Below are positions 1 through 14,939 of a DNA stretch of 64,000 nucleotides, piece after piece (position 1 is the first letter of the stretch; every line of letters starts with the position of its first letter). The notes below the pieces were generated by a model. That model was not told where the DNA came from. It did no database searches and saw only the letters and a list, made by a program, of their open reading frames with translations. The stretch is from assembly GCF_009914755.1 (NCBI RefSeq), contig NC_060926.1; one strand, given 5' to 3'. This DNA is from the human T2T-CHM13v2.0 reference genome, Homo sapiens. Both the position numbers and the translations under genes were made by a program.

Positions 1-37
1 AAGTAGATCTAGTGGGTGAACAGCAGGCTGCTGTGTA

Positions 38-482
38 CGTGTGTGTGTGCATGCATATACACACACGCATACACACACAATACATATGCATACCCATGCA
101 TGCACACACACATACATGTATACATACATACACACACACATGCATACACATACATGCATGGACACACACAAATATACATGCATGTATACATATATACACG
201 CATACATACACATACATGCACACACACACATACGCACATATATACATACGCACATGCATGCACACATACACATAGACAGACGTGCATGCACACACATATA
301 CATGCATACGCGCATACATATACACACGTGCATGCATGCACATATACATACATACATAGACACATGCATGCACACATATACATGCATACACATACACACA
401 TACATACACATACACATGTGCATGCACGCACATATACATACATACATAGACACACGCATGCACACACAGACACAGACACACA
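38..482. repeat. Low-complexity (CA/CATA/CATG)n alternating purine-pyrimidine tract
   Basis: About 440 bp of degenerate CACA/CATA/CATG; produces the His/Thr and Val/Cys-rich ORFs at 9-597. Confidence 0.95.
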
Positions 483-584
483 CCGGAGGAACTCTCACCC
501 TATTGTTGGTATATTATTTGGGCCCAGAAGTCAATTGTTGTATAACATGCACAGTCACTATCAAGATAATGTTTCCATAGCCAC

Positions 585-944
585 TGTTATTTACTGAATC
601 GTGTCCCCCAAAAATTGTATGTTGTAGCCCTAACCTCCTCGTACCTCAGAATGTGACTGCATTTGGAGATGGGGTCTTTAGAGAGGTGGTGAAGTTCAAA
701 TGAGCCTGTTAGGCTGAGGCCCTAATCCAATGGAACTGGTGGTCTTATAAGAAAGGGAAAGGCCATAGGAGGGCACAGCGAGGAGGCGGCTGTGGCCATC
801 TGGAGGCAAAGGAGAGAGGCCTCAGAAGGGACCAAACCCGAAACACCTTGATCTCGGACTTCTAGCCTTCAAACTGTGAGAAAATAAACTCCTTCGTTCA
901 AGCTGCCCAGCCTGCGGTACTTCATTATGGCGAGGGCTAACACA
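585..944 (+). mobile_element. MaLR solo LTR (MLT1B/C-like)
   Basis: TG...CA ends, typical MLT1 text (gtgtccccc aaaa...ccttgatctcggacttctagcc...gtgagaaaataaa); 5-bp TSD gccac/gtcac with 1 mismatch. Confidence 0.85.
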
Positions 945-1384
945 GTCACTCAGAGGAGTCCAGTTCAGCCCCCGGGTCTCCCCACTTGTCTTGGCTTCTC
1001 CTCAAGGCATCCCCACAGGCAAGCCTTCCTTGGACCCTTGCTCTGCTGGGCAGGGTCGTGCTCCTCTCCCAGCCTTGACTTTTGAAATGGGGTCACCCTC
1101 ATTGTCTCCAGCCCTCTCATTTCCCTGGCACTGCAGCCTCACTCTGCTCTGCAGCCCGCAGTGGCTGCCTTCTCCTGCCCAGCAGGGCTGGGGCCAGCGT
1201 GGGCTCCCCTCATCGGTGTCACTTGTGGGCCCTCTGTCACTTGACCTCGGTCTTCCTCCTGGCTCATGACCAGATGGAGAACAACTTCAGCAGGGCTTGG
1301 CAAGTGCTCCCGAGGCTGGCTTCTCAGATTTCTTTTAGAAATCTGACTGGGGTTTCCATTCCTCGTCCAGCTGACCAGGCACTG

Positions 1385-1728
1385 AGGAGGAGCCCGGAGG
1401 TGGAGGTCAGGAGCAGCTGGAAGAGCAGGAGGAGCCCGGAGGTGGAGGTCAGGAGCAGCTGGAAGAGCAGGAGGAGCCCAGAGGTGGAGGTCAGGAGCAG
1501 CTGGAAGAGCAGGAGGATCCCGGAGGTGGAGGTCAGGAGCAGCTGGAAGAGCAGGAGGAGCCCAGAGGTGGAGGTCAGGAGCAGCTGGAGGAGCAGGAGG
1601 AGCCCGGAGGTGGAGGTCAGGAGCAGCTGGAGGAGCAGGGGGAGCCCGGAGGTGGAGGTCAGGAGCAGCTGGAGGAGCAGGAGGAGCCCGGAGGTGGAGG
1701 TCAGGAGCAGCTGGAAGATCAGGAGGAG
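1385..1728. repeat. 42-bp minisatellite (VNTR), 8 full copies plus a partial
   Basis: Unit AGGAGGAGCCCGGAGGTGGAGGTCAGGAGCAGCTGGAAGAGC starting at 1385, 1427, 1469, 1511, 1553, 1595, 1637, 1679. Confidence 0.97.
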
Positions 1729-2925
1729 GGTGGGGTGGCTCATCTCTCCTCAGGCCTGGCCTGGGCCACATCCCTTCGGCCCAATCCCAGAACTGGGAGC
1801 CCTGCTGGAAACAGCTGTCCCTGCTCAGCATGGCCGCTGACTGGCTGACCTCCTGGCCCAGCAGTCCCCAAGGTGGCCTTTCCACTGGGGAACAAGGAGC
1901 TCAGCCCAAGGTCCAGAGCCTCATCACTGTGGTGGGAACGAGCACTGGGCCACGGGGATGCTCATGCCTCTGAGGGGTCCCTGCCGGGCTGGAGAGGAAG
2001 TGGGTGTTTTCGCCTGTGGGTGGGTGCTTGTTCAAAGTGTGCATTCATCTGTTTATTCGATAGGAAAGTATGAAGCAACTTTCTGTGCCAGGCACCGTGC
2101 TGGCTTTGCCCCGGGATGGGTGAGGAAGCTGTGGAAAGAGCCAGTTGTTCGTGCAGGCATGGATGACTAACGTGAGAGATGAAGAAGCCCTTTCTCTGGA
2201 GGCAAGTGGGTGCCAGATGATGTGGGAGAGAGACACACATACACCCCAATAAAACTCCATCTGAGCAGCTCTTTGTGCCTGTGCTGGGTCCCAGGACAGC
2301 CTGTTTGGCTTCCAAGTATGTTTGGGACGAGGCCCAGCCCCATGCTGTGTTATCTTTGTGTTCCTGGGTCCACCATGTGGTTCCTCTACCTCATGCTGGG
2401 GTGGGAGGGATGTGAAGAGAGCTGAGCACGCAAGAACTGAGAATCCCATGCAATTAGTCCACATGCAGGTATCCCACCTCAGGTAGCTCCTCTGCCACTG
2501 AAAGGGTTTCTTGAGCACCGAACACACCAGGAGCCAGCAGGGGTGGCACAGACATCTCTGTGGGTGAGTCCAAGATCAGCAAAGACCAGCAGATGTGTTG
2601 ATGCTCCCAGCCCAGAAACAGGGACACCCTGGCCCAAGGCCTGAGTCCCATATTTCCACAGGACAGACTCATCCTCTTGATCAGGCCCAAGTTCTGGGTT
2701 ACTCAGGAACCACTTGTCTTAACTGTCCACCTCCTCTGTGTCCACACCCATGTGTGGACAGATACACACCACGCCGGCTTTCTCACTTCACGGCACTCTC
2801 CCTAATATCCTTGGGATCTTCTCTCTGCCTTCTTCTCTCTCCTTTAATGTCTTTGTGCTGTGGATCCCACCCTTTGCCTTGGAAAGGTCATTCCCTTGAA
2901 ATTACCTCATTATCTTCCTATATCA

Positions 2926-3465
<540 letters not shown>

Positions 3466-3537
3466 TCACTCCCACTCTCCATGCTCACCCCATTGGCTCC
3501 CCTTGCCTCCAATCCACTAAAACTGCCCAAGTCCCCA

Positions 3538-4378
<841 letters not shown>

Positions 4379-5940
4379 CACTGCTCTGGTCAAGGCCTCC
4401 AATAACGTTGATGTTGTTGAAGCCAGTGGTCACTTCTCTGTCAATGCACCAGATCCATCAGCAGCATTTGAATGGTTGGCTGTGTCTCTTCATTGAAATA
4501 ATCTCTTGGTTTCAGAGAAAACAACCTCCTTACTTTTCTTGTCTCTCTTTGCCCATCTCAAGCTCCTCTGTTGGTTTCCATCAACCTCTATATGTTCTTG
4601 TGTGTATCTGGCTTGGTCACGGGCCTTCTATTATTTTCTAGACAGTCTTGAACTAGATGAGCTCATGGAGCCTTTGAAAAGCATTCACCTGCTCAGGCCT
4701 CCTGCACTTGCATCTTCAGCTCTGACCTTTCCACTGAGCTACAGGCTCACACCTACTTGTCGTCTCCATCTGGATATCTACCAGGTATTTCAAAATTAAC
4801 ATAGATAAGATACAACTTTCGATTTCTGTCCCCACCTCAACCTTTCCCATCTTGGTAACTGGCACCAGCACACACTCCATTTCTCAAAACTAGTAGGCCT
4901 CCTGGAGCTCCTCCTTCTCTTCCTAGCCACCTGAGATTCATCACCAAGTCCCACAGACCTAACTCAGTTATGTCCCAAGCCCCTTCTTTCTTCTCCATCT
5001 TTGTCACTGCCACATTAGTCTGAGCCATCACCTGTCATATCCACGTGGCTGTTGGAGCCTCCCAATTGTCCCCTGCTTGTTCCCCAAAGTCCATTCTACC
5101 CACAACAGCCAGGATGATCTTTTAAAAAAACTTTTTTTTTTTGAGACAGAGTCTTGCTGTGTTGCCCAGGCTGGAGTACAGTGGCATGATCTCGGCTTAC
5201 TGCAACCTCTGACTCCTGGGTTCAAGTGATTCTCCTGCCTCAGCCTCCCGAGTAGCTGGGATTACAGGCACCTGCCACCATGCCTGGCTAATTTTTGTAT
5301 TTTTAATAGAAATGGGGTTTTGCCATGTTGGCCAGGCTGGTCGTGAACTCCTGGCCTCAGGTGATCCGCCCACTTCAGCCTCCCAAAGTGCTGGGATTAC
5401 AGGCGTGAGCCACTATGCCCGGCTGATCTTTTAAAATTTTAAACAAGATAGATCACTTCCCTACTGTTATTTGAATAAAGCCTAAAGTCCTTGCCATAGC
5501 CTGCAATTCAGTGCAAGGCACCTGCCCCTCTGACTTCAACTCCTCCCACTCTTCCCCTTCATCGACCTTCATCCCCTTGCTCAAACTTGGGAAGTAGGAG
5601 ATAGTTCCACCTTAGCGGGAGCTCTCCAGCTTGTCCTTCTACCTAGACTATTCTTGCCCGGATTTCTGCACATCTCAGATCAAACACCAGCTCTTAAAGA
5701 AGAGGCTTTCTCTCACCCTCCAGGCTCTCCTAGCTGCGTCACCCTGATTTGTTTGATTATCAGTGAAATGTGTGTTCTGAGTATTTGTTTACTCGCTTGT
5801 TGTTTCTCTTCCTACTAAGCTGGAAGCTCTGTGACAGCAGAGACCTTCTCTATCATGTTCCCTGCAGTATTTCCTGCTTTGAGAGCAGTTCCTGGCACAT
5901 TAGCTGGGGCTCAATAGAGTGCTGTTGAAAAAATGAGCAA
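4379..5940 (+). mobile_element. L2 3' region, interrupted by an Alu
   Basis: L2-like text (actgctctggtcaagg..., aagctctgtgacagcagagacc...cctggcaca...ctcaata...tgttgaa). Confidence 0.75.
5132..5423 (-). mobile_element. AluS
   Basis: Poly(T) plus full antisense Alu; TSD tgatcttttaaaa at 5115 and 5424. Confidence 0.95.
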
Positions 5941-6957
5941 ACCGAGACCAGGTAGTGGGGACAGCCCCAGGGGCTCCCCATCTAGAGAAGCGATGGAGAC
6001 AAACTGGCATCTATAACATGCAGCTCCATGGATACTTTGCTACACGGCAGACGGGGGTTGCAGGAGCCTTGAAGATGTGACTCTACCCCGCATGCATGGG
6101 AGCCGGTGCAGGGGAAAGTTCCTGGAGAAGTTGTGTCCAAGTTGAGACCTAAAGGATGAGGAGGTAGGTGCAGGGCAGAGAGAGGGTCATGTCCCAGGCA
6201 GGGACACTTGAATGTTCAAAGAGCCAGTGAAGGCACAGTGAGGATTCAGAAAACAGTGCTTACAAATCATCTAGCCTGCCCGACAGAGAAGGGCCATCTT
6301 TCTTCCTCCTGTAGCCACTTGGAAGAGCAGAGGGGACTCTGCCCAGGCCATCCCGCCTGGACCGGGGAGGCAGAATTAAAAAGACCCAGATTTCTGTGGT
6401 TGAAGAGACAAAGCTGAACTATGGAAGTAAAGGAAGTCCCAGCCCAAGACCAAACTGCGAGACCATGGCACCCAGTGCGGAGGGCACGGCCGAGTCCCTC
6501 CACCACATACAAGCCTGGGCTCTAGGGCTCCTGCCAGCCCTGCAGAGACTTGTCCCTGAACTGGTCCTGATTCCTGAAGAGCCTGTCTTTCTGCTCACTC
6601 ATCCCTCATTCAGTCACCACACACACAGCCATGCACATCACCTCTGCTCTGGTCACATGCACATGCCCACACCTACCCTCAGGATCTCAGGTGGGTGCCT
6701 GGATCGTCACACACTCACACACTCCACCCCAGGTGGTGAGCCCAGTGTGCAGATCCTCACAGCTAGCCTGATGCACTCCTGCTCCTGGAAGCTCCTGAGC
6801 TACTTGGGAGGACCACATAGTTTCCAGAAACCATCCCCACCTCCAATTTATAATAGTATGGACAAGCTTGTACAAGGCAATGTAATCTGAACTATATATA
6901 CTACATGATGGGGTGATTTGAGCAGGCTTCTTGGAAAAGGAGAATTTGAGCCATGTC

Positions 6958-7228
6958 TTTTTTTTTCTTGCTGTCACCCAGGCTGGAGGACAGTGGTACG
7001 ATCATAGTTCACCGCAGCCTCAATCTTCTGGGCTCAAGCAATCCTCCCACCTCAGCCTCCAAGTACCTGGGACTACAGGCACACGCCACCATGTACAGCC
7101 AATTGTTTTTAATTTTAGTACAGAAAAGGTCTTGCTATGTTGCCCACTCCTGAACTCCAGTGATCCTCCCACCTCGATCTCCCAAAGTGCTGAGATTATA
7201 GGCATGAACCATTGCTGCACCCAGCCTA
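6958..7228 (-). mobile_element. AluJ
   Basis: Antisense Alu with ctgggctcaagcaatcctccc diagnostic. Confidence 0.88.
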
Positions 7229-7265
7229 AGCTGAGTTTTGAAGAGTTGTAGAATAGTGAAAATGA

Positions 7266-7592
<327 letters not shown>

Positions 7593-7604
7593 ATTTTTTA
7601 AGAC

Positions 7605-8100
7605 AATTAGTTAGGCTCCTCAGGCTACAAAAAAGATAACACATTGGTTCATGGAACTGAAATGTCAGGGTTGGTCTGATTCAGGCAATGCTGGATCCAG
7701 AGGCTAGAATAATGTCAACAGGTTTCTACCTCTCATATATATATATATAAGAGCCTGCTCAAATCACCACATCATGTAGTATATATAGTTCAGGTACACA
7801 CACACACACACATATTTCCCAAGTGGGTTCTTACTAGATGGGAGGCCAGATTGACCTTAGCAATTCAAGTGACAGAAAGTGTGTTTCCTGAGAGCTCCAG
7901 CAGAAAAGTCTTGAGGACTCTGATTGGCCTAGTCTGAGGTCACATGCCCACTTCTGAACCAATCCATATAGTCGGAGATATGGAGTCTTTGACTGGTTAG
8001 GCCTAAGGCCGTGTACCAACTTCTCAGTAGGCTAGCCCCATCCAAACCACATGGAATGGGTTTCTTAAGGGAAAGGGCTCTGTTGTCAGAAGTGGGTAAT
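7605..8100 (-). mobile_element. Old MaLR LTR (MLT1K/L-like)
   Basis: ttcaggcaatgctggatccag...ctctgattggcc...ggtcacatgccca...gaaccaatc motifs. Confidence 0.6.
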
Positions 8101-8814
8101 GAGTACTAATCAACGGAGGTCAAATGTCCCTGCTTTAAATAATAGTCCTTCCCCTGGTTATAGCACTCCACACTTTTTCATGCTTCCACATAATTTATCC
8201 AGTTTACTTATCAAGAAATAATATTGAGTCAGGCATGGTTACTGCCTGCATTTCACTCTAGGGAAAGGGCACTTCCAGATATTAAACTTGATTTTTCTGC
8301 TCTACTATAACAGGGGCTGTCTTTGAGCCATCTATTCAGGAAGGACAAATGGCCTTGGAGCTCCTGGATGAAGTCTCCTCTGGAGAGTGTCAGGGCGGGA
8401 GGTGGGGGATTAGCTCTGGATGTACTGATGTTGAGGTGCTTTAGGGAGGAGCAAGTGGAACAGCCCAGGAGGCAATTCTGTATAGTAGACTGGAGTTTCC
8501 CTTGCAACAGCCAGGCCACCACTGCCACGCTGAGGGCTTCTTTAACTCTGTGTGCTAAAGTGGCCAGTCAAGGGGCATCCATTCAGAGAACAGTGGGGCC
8601 AAAGCCCTGAGCACAGGCACGGTGTACAGAGAGGTGGGGGTGAAAAAGTGTGATATATAAGCAGATCCGCCTGGGCTTGACTCCTGCTGTGCTAGGAAGA
8701 CCTGAGCCAAGACCAGCCCCAGGACCTCCTTAGCCGAGTGGAGAGGACCATGAGACCTGGATCTATCACTGACCAATCACTTCTCTCCTTGCTGCCTCAG
8801 CTGCGCCTCTAACA

Positions 8815-9646
8815 CTCTGCCATGCTTGACAGCTGGCCTCCAGCGATGAGCCCCAGTGAAGCACACTCCTGGCATTCATGCCCTGATGTAGTCCCCTCCC
8901 ACACTGAACCTAGGCTGGCCTCTGACACACACTATCCAACAGAATGCGGTGGAAGTGATACCATGCCAGCTTCAGGTTTAGCCTTTAAGAGGAATGGCAG
9001 GCTGGGTGTGGTGGCTCATGGCTGTAATCCCAGCACTTTGGGAGGCTGTGGTAGAAGGAGTGCTCGAGGCCAGGAATTTGAGATCAGCCTGGGCAACATA
9101 GTGCGACCCCCATCTCTACAAAAAATTTAAAAATTAGCCAGGTGTAGTGGTACATACCTGTGGTCCTAGCTACTCTGAAGGCTGAGGTGGGAGGATCACT
9201 TGAGCCCACGAGTTCAAGGTGGCAACGAGCCATAATCATGCCACTACACTCCAGCCTGGATGACAGAGTGAGACCCTGTCTCTAAAAACCAAAAACAAAC
9301 AAAAAAGTGAAATGGGAGTTTCTATTAATACTTCTTCTTTCTTTCACTTGGAGAGCCCTGAGTCACCATGAAAGATTTCTGGCCACCCTGCTGAAGAGGC
9401 CACATGGGGAGGCCACATGGAGAGGAGGAGAGGTCCACTGATCCAGCATTTTAGTTGAGCTTCCAGCTGACTCCAGCCTCAAGCTTTATCTGAATGCACC
9501 TGCATGAGAGACTTCTAAGCAAGACCAGCAGAAGATCCACCCGCTGATCCCAGACAACCCATGGAACCATGAGAGAGCCAATAAAATTGTGGTGGTTTTA
9601 AAGCCACTGAGCTTTGGAGTGGTTTGTGATACAATGATAAATAACA
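8815..9646 (+). mobile_element. MLT1F-like LTR containing an AluJ (9000-9306)
   Basis: ctcctggcattcatgccc..., gaggccacatggagag, ttttaaagccactgagctttgg; internal sense AluJ. Confidence 0.8.
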
Positions 9647-10814
9647 AAAGCAATCTCACTGATGGTGAGTCTGGCTGGCATTCCTGAGCCTTGTGCCACC
9701 TTCCAGCCCCCAAGAATTGACACTGTTAGGTCAGGTCTTGGTTAATGACCAAGTTAATAATCAAGTTAATAACCATTCCAAGCAGTCAGGCCAGTTTTTA
9801 GGACAAATACAGGAAGGGTGTATACTTCCTGTCTGATCCTAGTCCTGAGATTCCAGAAGACACAAAAACCCAGTTCCCGCAGGGCTGGAGACGAAGGCAG
9901 AGGGGCTGACTGGCTACCCAGCTCCATCTCTGAGTGCTGACTCCAAGCAGCAGCTCGTTAGGCTCAGGTGTCTTTCAGGTGTCCTTGCATGGCCCTGAGA
10001 TTGAAGCCTGTGTTATAATAGCGGGTCAACTGAGCATAGCTTTGCCTTGTGGTCAAGTTCAGGTTCCCCTGTGTTTCCCACCATACCAGGTGTGGTCCTG
10101 CTGCTGCCCTGACTCCCATCTGCTGGCAGGCTTCAACCCACCCTTCCAATTGTAATCACTTCTTCTCTGCTCTGGGGAGCGTTCCCTTCTGTTTCGCCCA
10201 GATCCCCAGGGTCACAGGGCCATTGTCATATGCAGCCTGTAGTCACTGAAATGTTTCCTGTGTGACTCTTGTCCCACTACTGGGCCATGAGCTTCTAGAG
10301 AGCAGAGGCTAAAGCCTCATTTTTCCCTCTAATACATTCATTAGTAAATGTATTCCGTCCTTCATTCACTCAACAACCTACTCCATGCCAGGGTCTATGT
10401 TAGGGGCAGAGGACATAAAGCTCAAAAATAATGCCCCTGAAGTACAGTCATATTTGGTCCAGTTGGACAGATGTGGAACTTGGCAGTGATGACACAGTGA
10501 TATAATTGCTGGGATGGAGGTGTGTATGCAATGTGATGAGGGCACAGAGAGTGCCAAGGCAGCCCTGGGAGGGGGCGACAGGCAACATTCCTTAGTGATC
10601 ATTCTAGGCCAGACTCTGGTCTAAGCACTTCATTTATTCATTATTCATTTATTCATGTTTTCATTATTTTGAGGTACTTTTTAAGAAAATTATTATTTTC
10701 TAATAGGTAAATATAGACAAATTATACAAAATTCTGATGGTGTTAATGGGCACCCTATGAGCATTCCCAGAGGAGCATGCCCTTTTCCAAAATTTCTGCC
10801 TTCCAGACATATGA

Positions 10815-11247
<433 letters not shown>

Positions 11248-11310
11248 TATTTTTTCATTTAATATATCATGGAGCTCATTCCATGTCACTATAGAGATAT
11301 TTCATTCTTA

Positions 11311-11626
11311 GGTCGGGCATGGTGGCTCATGCCTGCAATCCTAGCACTTTGGGAGGCCAAGGCGGGTGAATTGTCTGAGATTAGGGGTTTGAGGCCAGCA
11401 TGGGTAACACCATGAAACCCTGTCTCTATTAAAATACAAAAAAAAAAAAAATTAGCCGAGCATGGTGGTGCATGCCTATAGTCCCAGCTACTCGGGAGGC
11501 TGAGGCACAAGAATTGCTTGAACCTGGGAGGCAGAGGTTGCAGTGAGCTAAGATGCTAAGATCATGCCACTGCACTGCAGCCTGTATGACAGAGAAAGAC
11601 TCTGTTTCCAAAAAAAAAAAAAAAAA
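11311..11626 (+). mobile_element. AluS
   Basis: Full dimer with poly(A); TSD agagat(a)tttcattctt. Confidence 0.93.
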
Positions 11627-11899
11627 CAGACAGAGATTTCATTCTTGGTTAATGATACTATGACTTTATAGTATCACAGTGTTCCATTATAGGAATGTCC
11701 TGTACTTTGTTTAACCAATTGCCTATTAATGAATATTTATGCTTTTTCTAACTATCCACTACTAATACAAATAATTCTACAATAAATAATCTTGTGCATA
11801 AATTATTTTGAACAAGTGACATATATTTATAGGATAAATGCATATAAGCAGAATTATTAGAATAGAAGTGGGTCTAGAAAAGGTGCATTTAATTTTTTT

Positions 11900-12054
11900 T
11901 ATTTTTAAACATTTTTAATTATTTTTTATCTTTGAAGAGATGGGGTTTCACTATGTTGCCCAGGCTGGTTTCAAACTCCTGGCCTCAAATGATCCACACC
12001 CCCTCAGCTTCCCAAGGTGCTGCGATTATATGCATGAGCTACTGCGCCTGGCCA
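11900..12054 (-). mobile_element. Alu left monomer (FLAM/AluJ)
   Basis: Single antisense Alu arm inside old L1ME-like sequence. Confidence 0.8.
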
Positions 12055-13245
12055 AAGGTATATTTTAATTTTTAACTGCCCTCCATCTAACATTTAGTTC
12101 TCAAAAACACATGTCTCAGCTTTAGAAAGCTTTCTCTCATCTACCAGCAGTGACCTCTGCCATGGTGTAAAGACCCAGGCCAGCAGAAAAGGAGGAAGAC
12201 AATACTTCATTTTAAAATGCTTTTATTTTCCTCATCTTTTAAATATAAATATAAATTTAATAAATTAAAATATTTACTATTTATATAAATTTAAATTTAT
12301 TTAATATGTATGTCATATTGTATATAAAATATATATTACAGATTTACATAGTTTATTCATATTTAAGTTTTAGATAAATTTAAATTTGAATATAAAATTG
12401 GACAGGGGAGCATGTGGCCTGGGGCTTTGGACAGAGTGTATCTGAGAATGGAGCTCGCACCAGGGAAATGGGGCTGAAAAATGGAGGGTAGGAAACCTGG
12501 CCCAGGTTTCTTCGTTTGAGTCCTGGATAAACCCTTGCCTGAAGTCCATCCTGGGGTTGTTCAGGTTCATAAGCCAATACATACTGTTTTTGCTTAAGCC
12601 AGTGTGGGTTGGGTTTTTTGTCTCTTGCCCAGGGAGGAGCCCTGACTGCCCCACACAGCTGGTGGGCAGCAGGGCTGCACTCATTGCAGGGCTGACTAGC
12701 TCCAGGGTCCATGCACTGAACCTCAGCCAGTCCCAGCCAGTCCCCGCGGAAAAGGAATTTATTGATGTGAGACCTGAACAATCAGGAGGAGATAACCAGG
12801 CAGACCAGAAGGGAGAGAAGATGCCCAGACAGAGAAAGAGACAGGTGAAACGGGTGGCATTCAGAGAGCTACAGGTGGTTCAGAGTGGCTGGAGATTGAG
12901 TGAAGGGTGCAGGGTGTGCACACACCAGGTGCTGTGGTTTGCAATCTTGATCTTTCTGATGAAGTGACCAGAGTTTCGCCTCTGCTGTGATCACAGGTGT
13001 GATTGAAGAGTCGGTTGGCAGTGTGCCCTGTGCCTCCCCACTCAGGGTTCAGTCCTCTGACTCCCGCCTCCTGTCTCCCTCACCTGTTGGCCCCAAAAGG
13101 GAGTCACTGTTGGAGGCCTGACATCAGACATGCCCCCTGGGCCGCACCTCGGGCTCCTGGGACTGCCAAGGGTGAGCAGCCTCTCCCTGGCCCCGCGAGG
13201 GAGAAGGCCAATGAGGAGAAAGGCCACGGGCATGCTAGAACCCCT

Positions 13246-13247
<2 letters not shown>

Positions 13248-13280
<33 letters not shown>
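13248..13280. repeat. (TG)n microsatellite
   Basis: About 16 perfect TG units. Confidence 0.95.
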
Positions 13281-13281
<1 letters not shown>

Positions 13282-13834
13282 GTTGGTGTGAGTGTGCATG
13301 AATAGCTGTGCACACATAGGAAGTCAATTGTCCTTTCCCAGTTGAGCCGTTGGGAACATTCCCCAGAATTTACTCTTCCTCCAAAATCATTACCTTATCT
13401 CAGGTGGCCCTTTGGAGCCTTTGGCACCATAGCTGGGTGAGGCAGGAAGAAAAAAAACAAGGGCAGGGGAGAAGAGGAATTTGCCCTCTGCTGTGTTTCA
13501 GCTCTCAGGCAGGCTATGCCTTCCCGCATTGCCACTAGCTGGGTCCAGGCCATGTCACCTTCTGCTGCACCTACAGCAGCTCCCCAATGTCAGTGTGCCC
13601 CAGCCACTTCCCACCAGACCATCTTCCACAGCACGGATCCCCCCAAAATACTGCTCCCCTCTTCCTCCTGTCTCACTTGGACTGCCTTGGCTAGGGCAAA
13701 TTCTTTGCTGTGACTTGGAAGGCCCTGTGTATCCCCTGCCTATCTGTCCAGCCTCATCTGTCCCCACTCCACCTCTCCCACCCCAGGCCCCAGGCACATT
13801 GGCCACAGCCCTTCCCTGAAAGCACCAGGGCCTG

Positions 13835-14322
13835 AGTATTAATTCCTGTTGTTGCTGCAGCAAACTACCACAGACTTACAGGTTCGAAACAACGCAGATG
13901 TATTATATTACAGTTCTGGAGGTCAGGAGTCCAGACATGGGTCTTAAAGGATGAAAGTCAAGGTGCCAGCAGGGCTGCATTCCTTCTGGAGGTTCCAAGA
14001 AAGAATCCATTGCCTTGCCTTTCCCAGCTTCAAAAAGCCTCCCGATTCCTTGGTTCATGCCCCCTCCCTGCATCTGCAAAGCCACTGAGTAGCATCTTCC
14101 AATCTCTTTCTGACCTCTTCTCCCATCGTCACATCTCTCTCTGACACTGACCTCTCTCTCCGCCTCCCTCTTAGAAGGGCCCTGGTGATTACCCAGGACC
14201 TGCGCAGATAATCCAGGATATGCGCTCCATCTCGAGGTCCTTCATCACATCCACAGGCCGATTCTCGGGGTCTAGAGATTAGGGCTTGTACTTCTTCGAG
14301 GGTCATTCTCCTGCCTGCCACA
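13835..14322 (-). mobile_element. MLT1C/D-like solo LTR
   Basis: acagttctggaggtcaggagtcc...agggctgcattccttctggagg...ctgcctgccaca end. Confidence 0.85.
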
Positions 14323-14939
14323 GAGCACACCAAGCTTTCGCACATGCAGGCCTCTCTGTCACTGTCTACATTTACCCAGAGGGGACACCTTTGTCTAATT
14401 TGCAGAGGTACCATACATAGGTCAGTGGACTGCCTGCCTGAAACACCCCTTTCCTCACTTTCTCCACCTGGCCAAGAGCTTCTCATTCTTCAAGGCCCAG
14501 TTTAGTCCAGGACACTTTACCTTTCCCTGCTCTCCCCGAAGTCTCCCAGCTGGGTGAGTCACACCTCCTCTGGGCTCCTGCTCTATCCCGTACTTTCTGT
14601 ATCCTGGCATAAACCACAGGACATTGATATTGTCTGTGAGTCTGCCTGGGTCAGATCGGAGCCAGGGCCCAGAAGCCCTCACCTGGGGCCCAGCTCTTCC
14701 CCAGCTAGGCAGCAGCCCCAGGCCCTGTCGTCTCTCTTCCCAGCACAGACACCTCCTCTGGAGTCTCCCAGTTCATGTCTCTTTGTCTCTCCTGTGTGCA
14801 GGCCTCACACGGAGCTGCGGGGCCTCTGTGAGGAAGACAGAAATGAAGGCGATGAGGGTGTTGAGTTTGAGGCATCCAAGCCACACGGAGGGAAGCTGGC
14901 ATTTGAGAAGAGAGGGCTGGCGTGAAATTCCTACTCTCA

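Noticed and set aside
9-597. His/Thr-rich and Val/Cys-rich ORFs of up to 193 aa
   Set aside because: Translations of a CA/TA simple repeat that lacks stop codons
1082-1885. ORFs of about 250 aa on both strands with 14-aa repeats; also considered as a CRISPR-like array
   Set aside because: They are open only because the 42-bp unit lacks stops; units are contiguous with no unique spacers, the context is primate, and there are no cas genes
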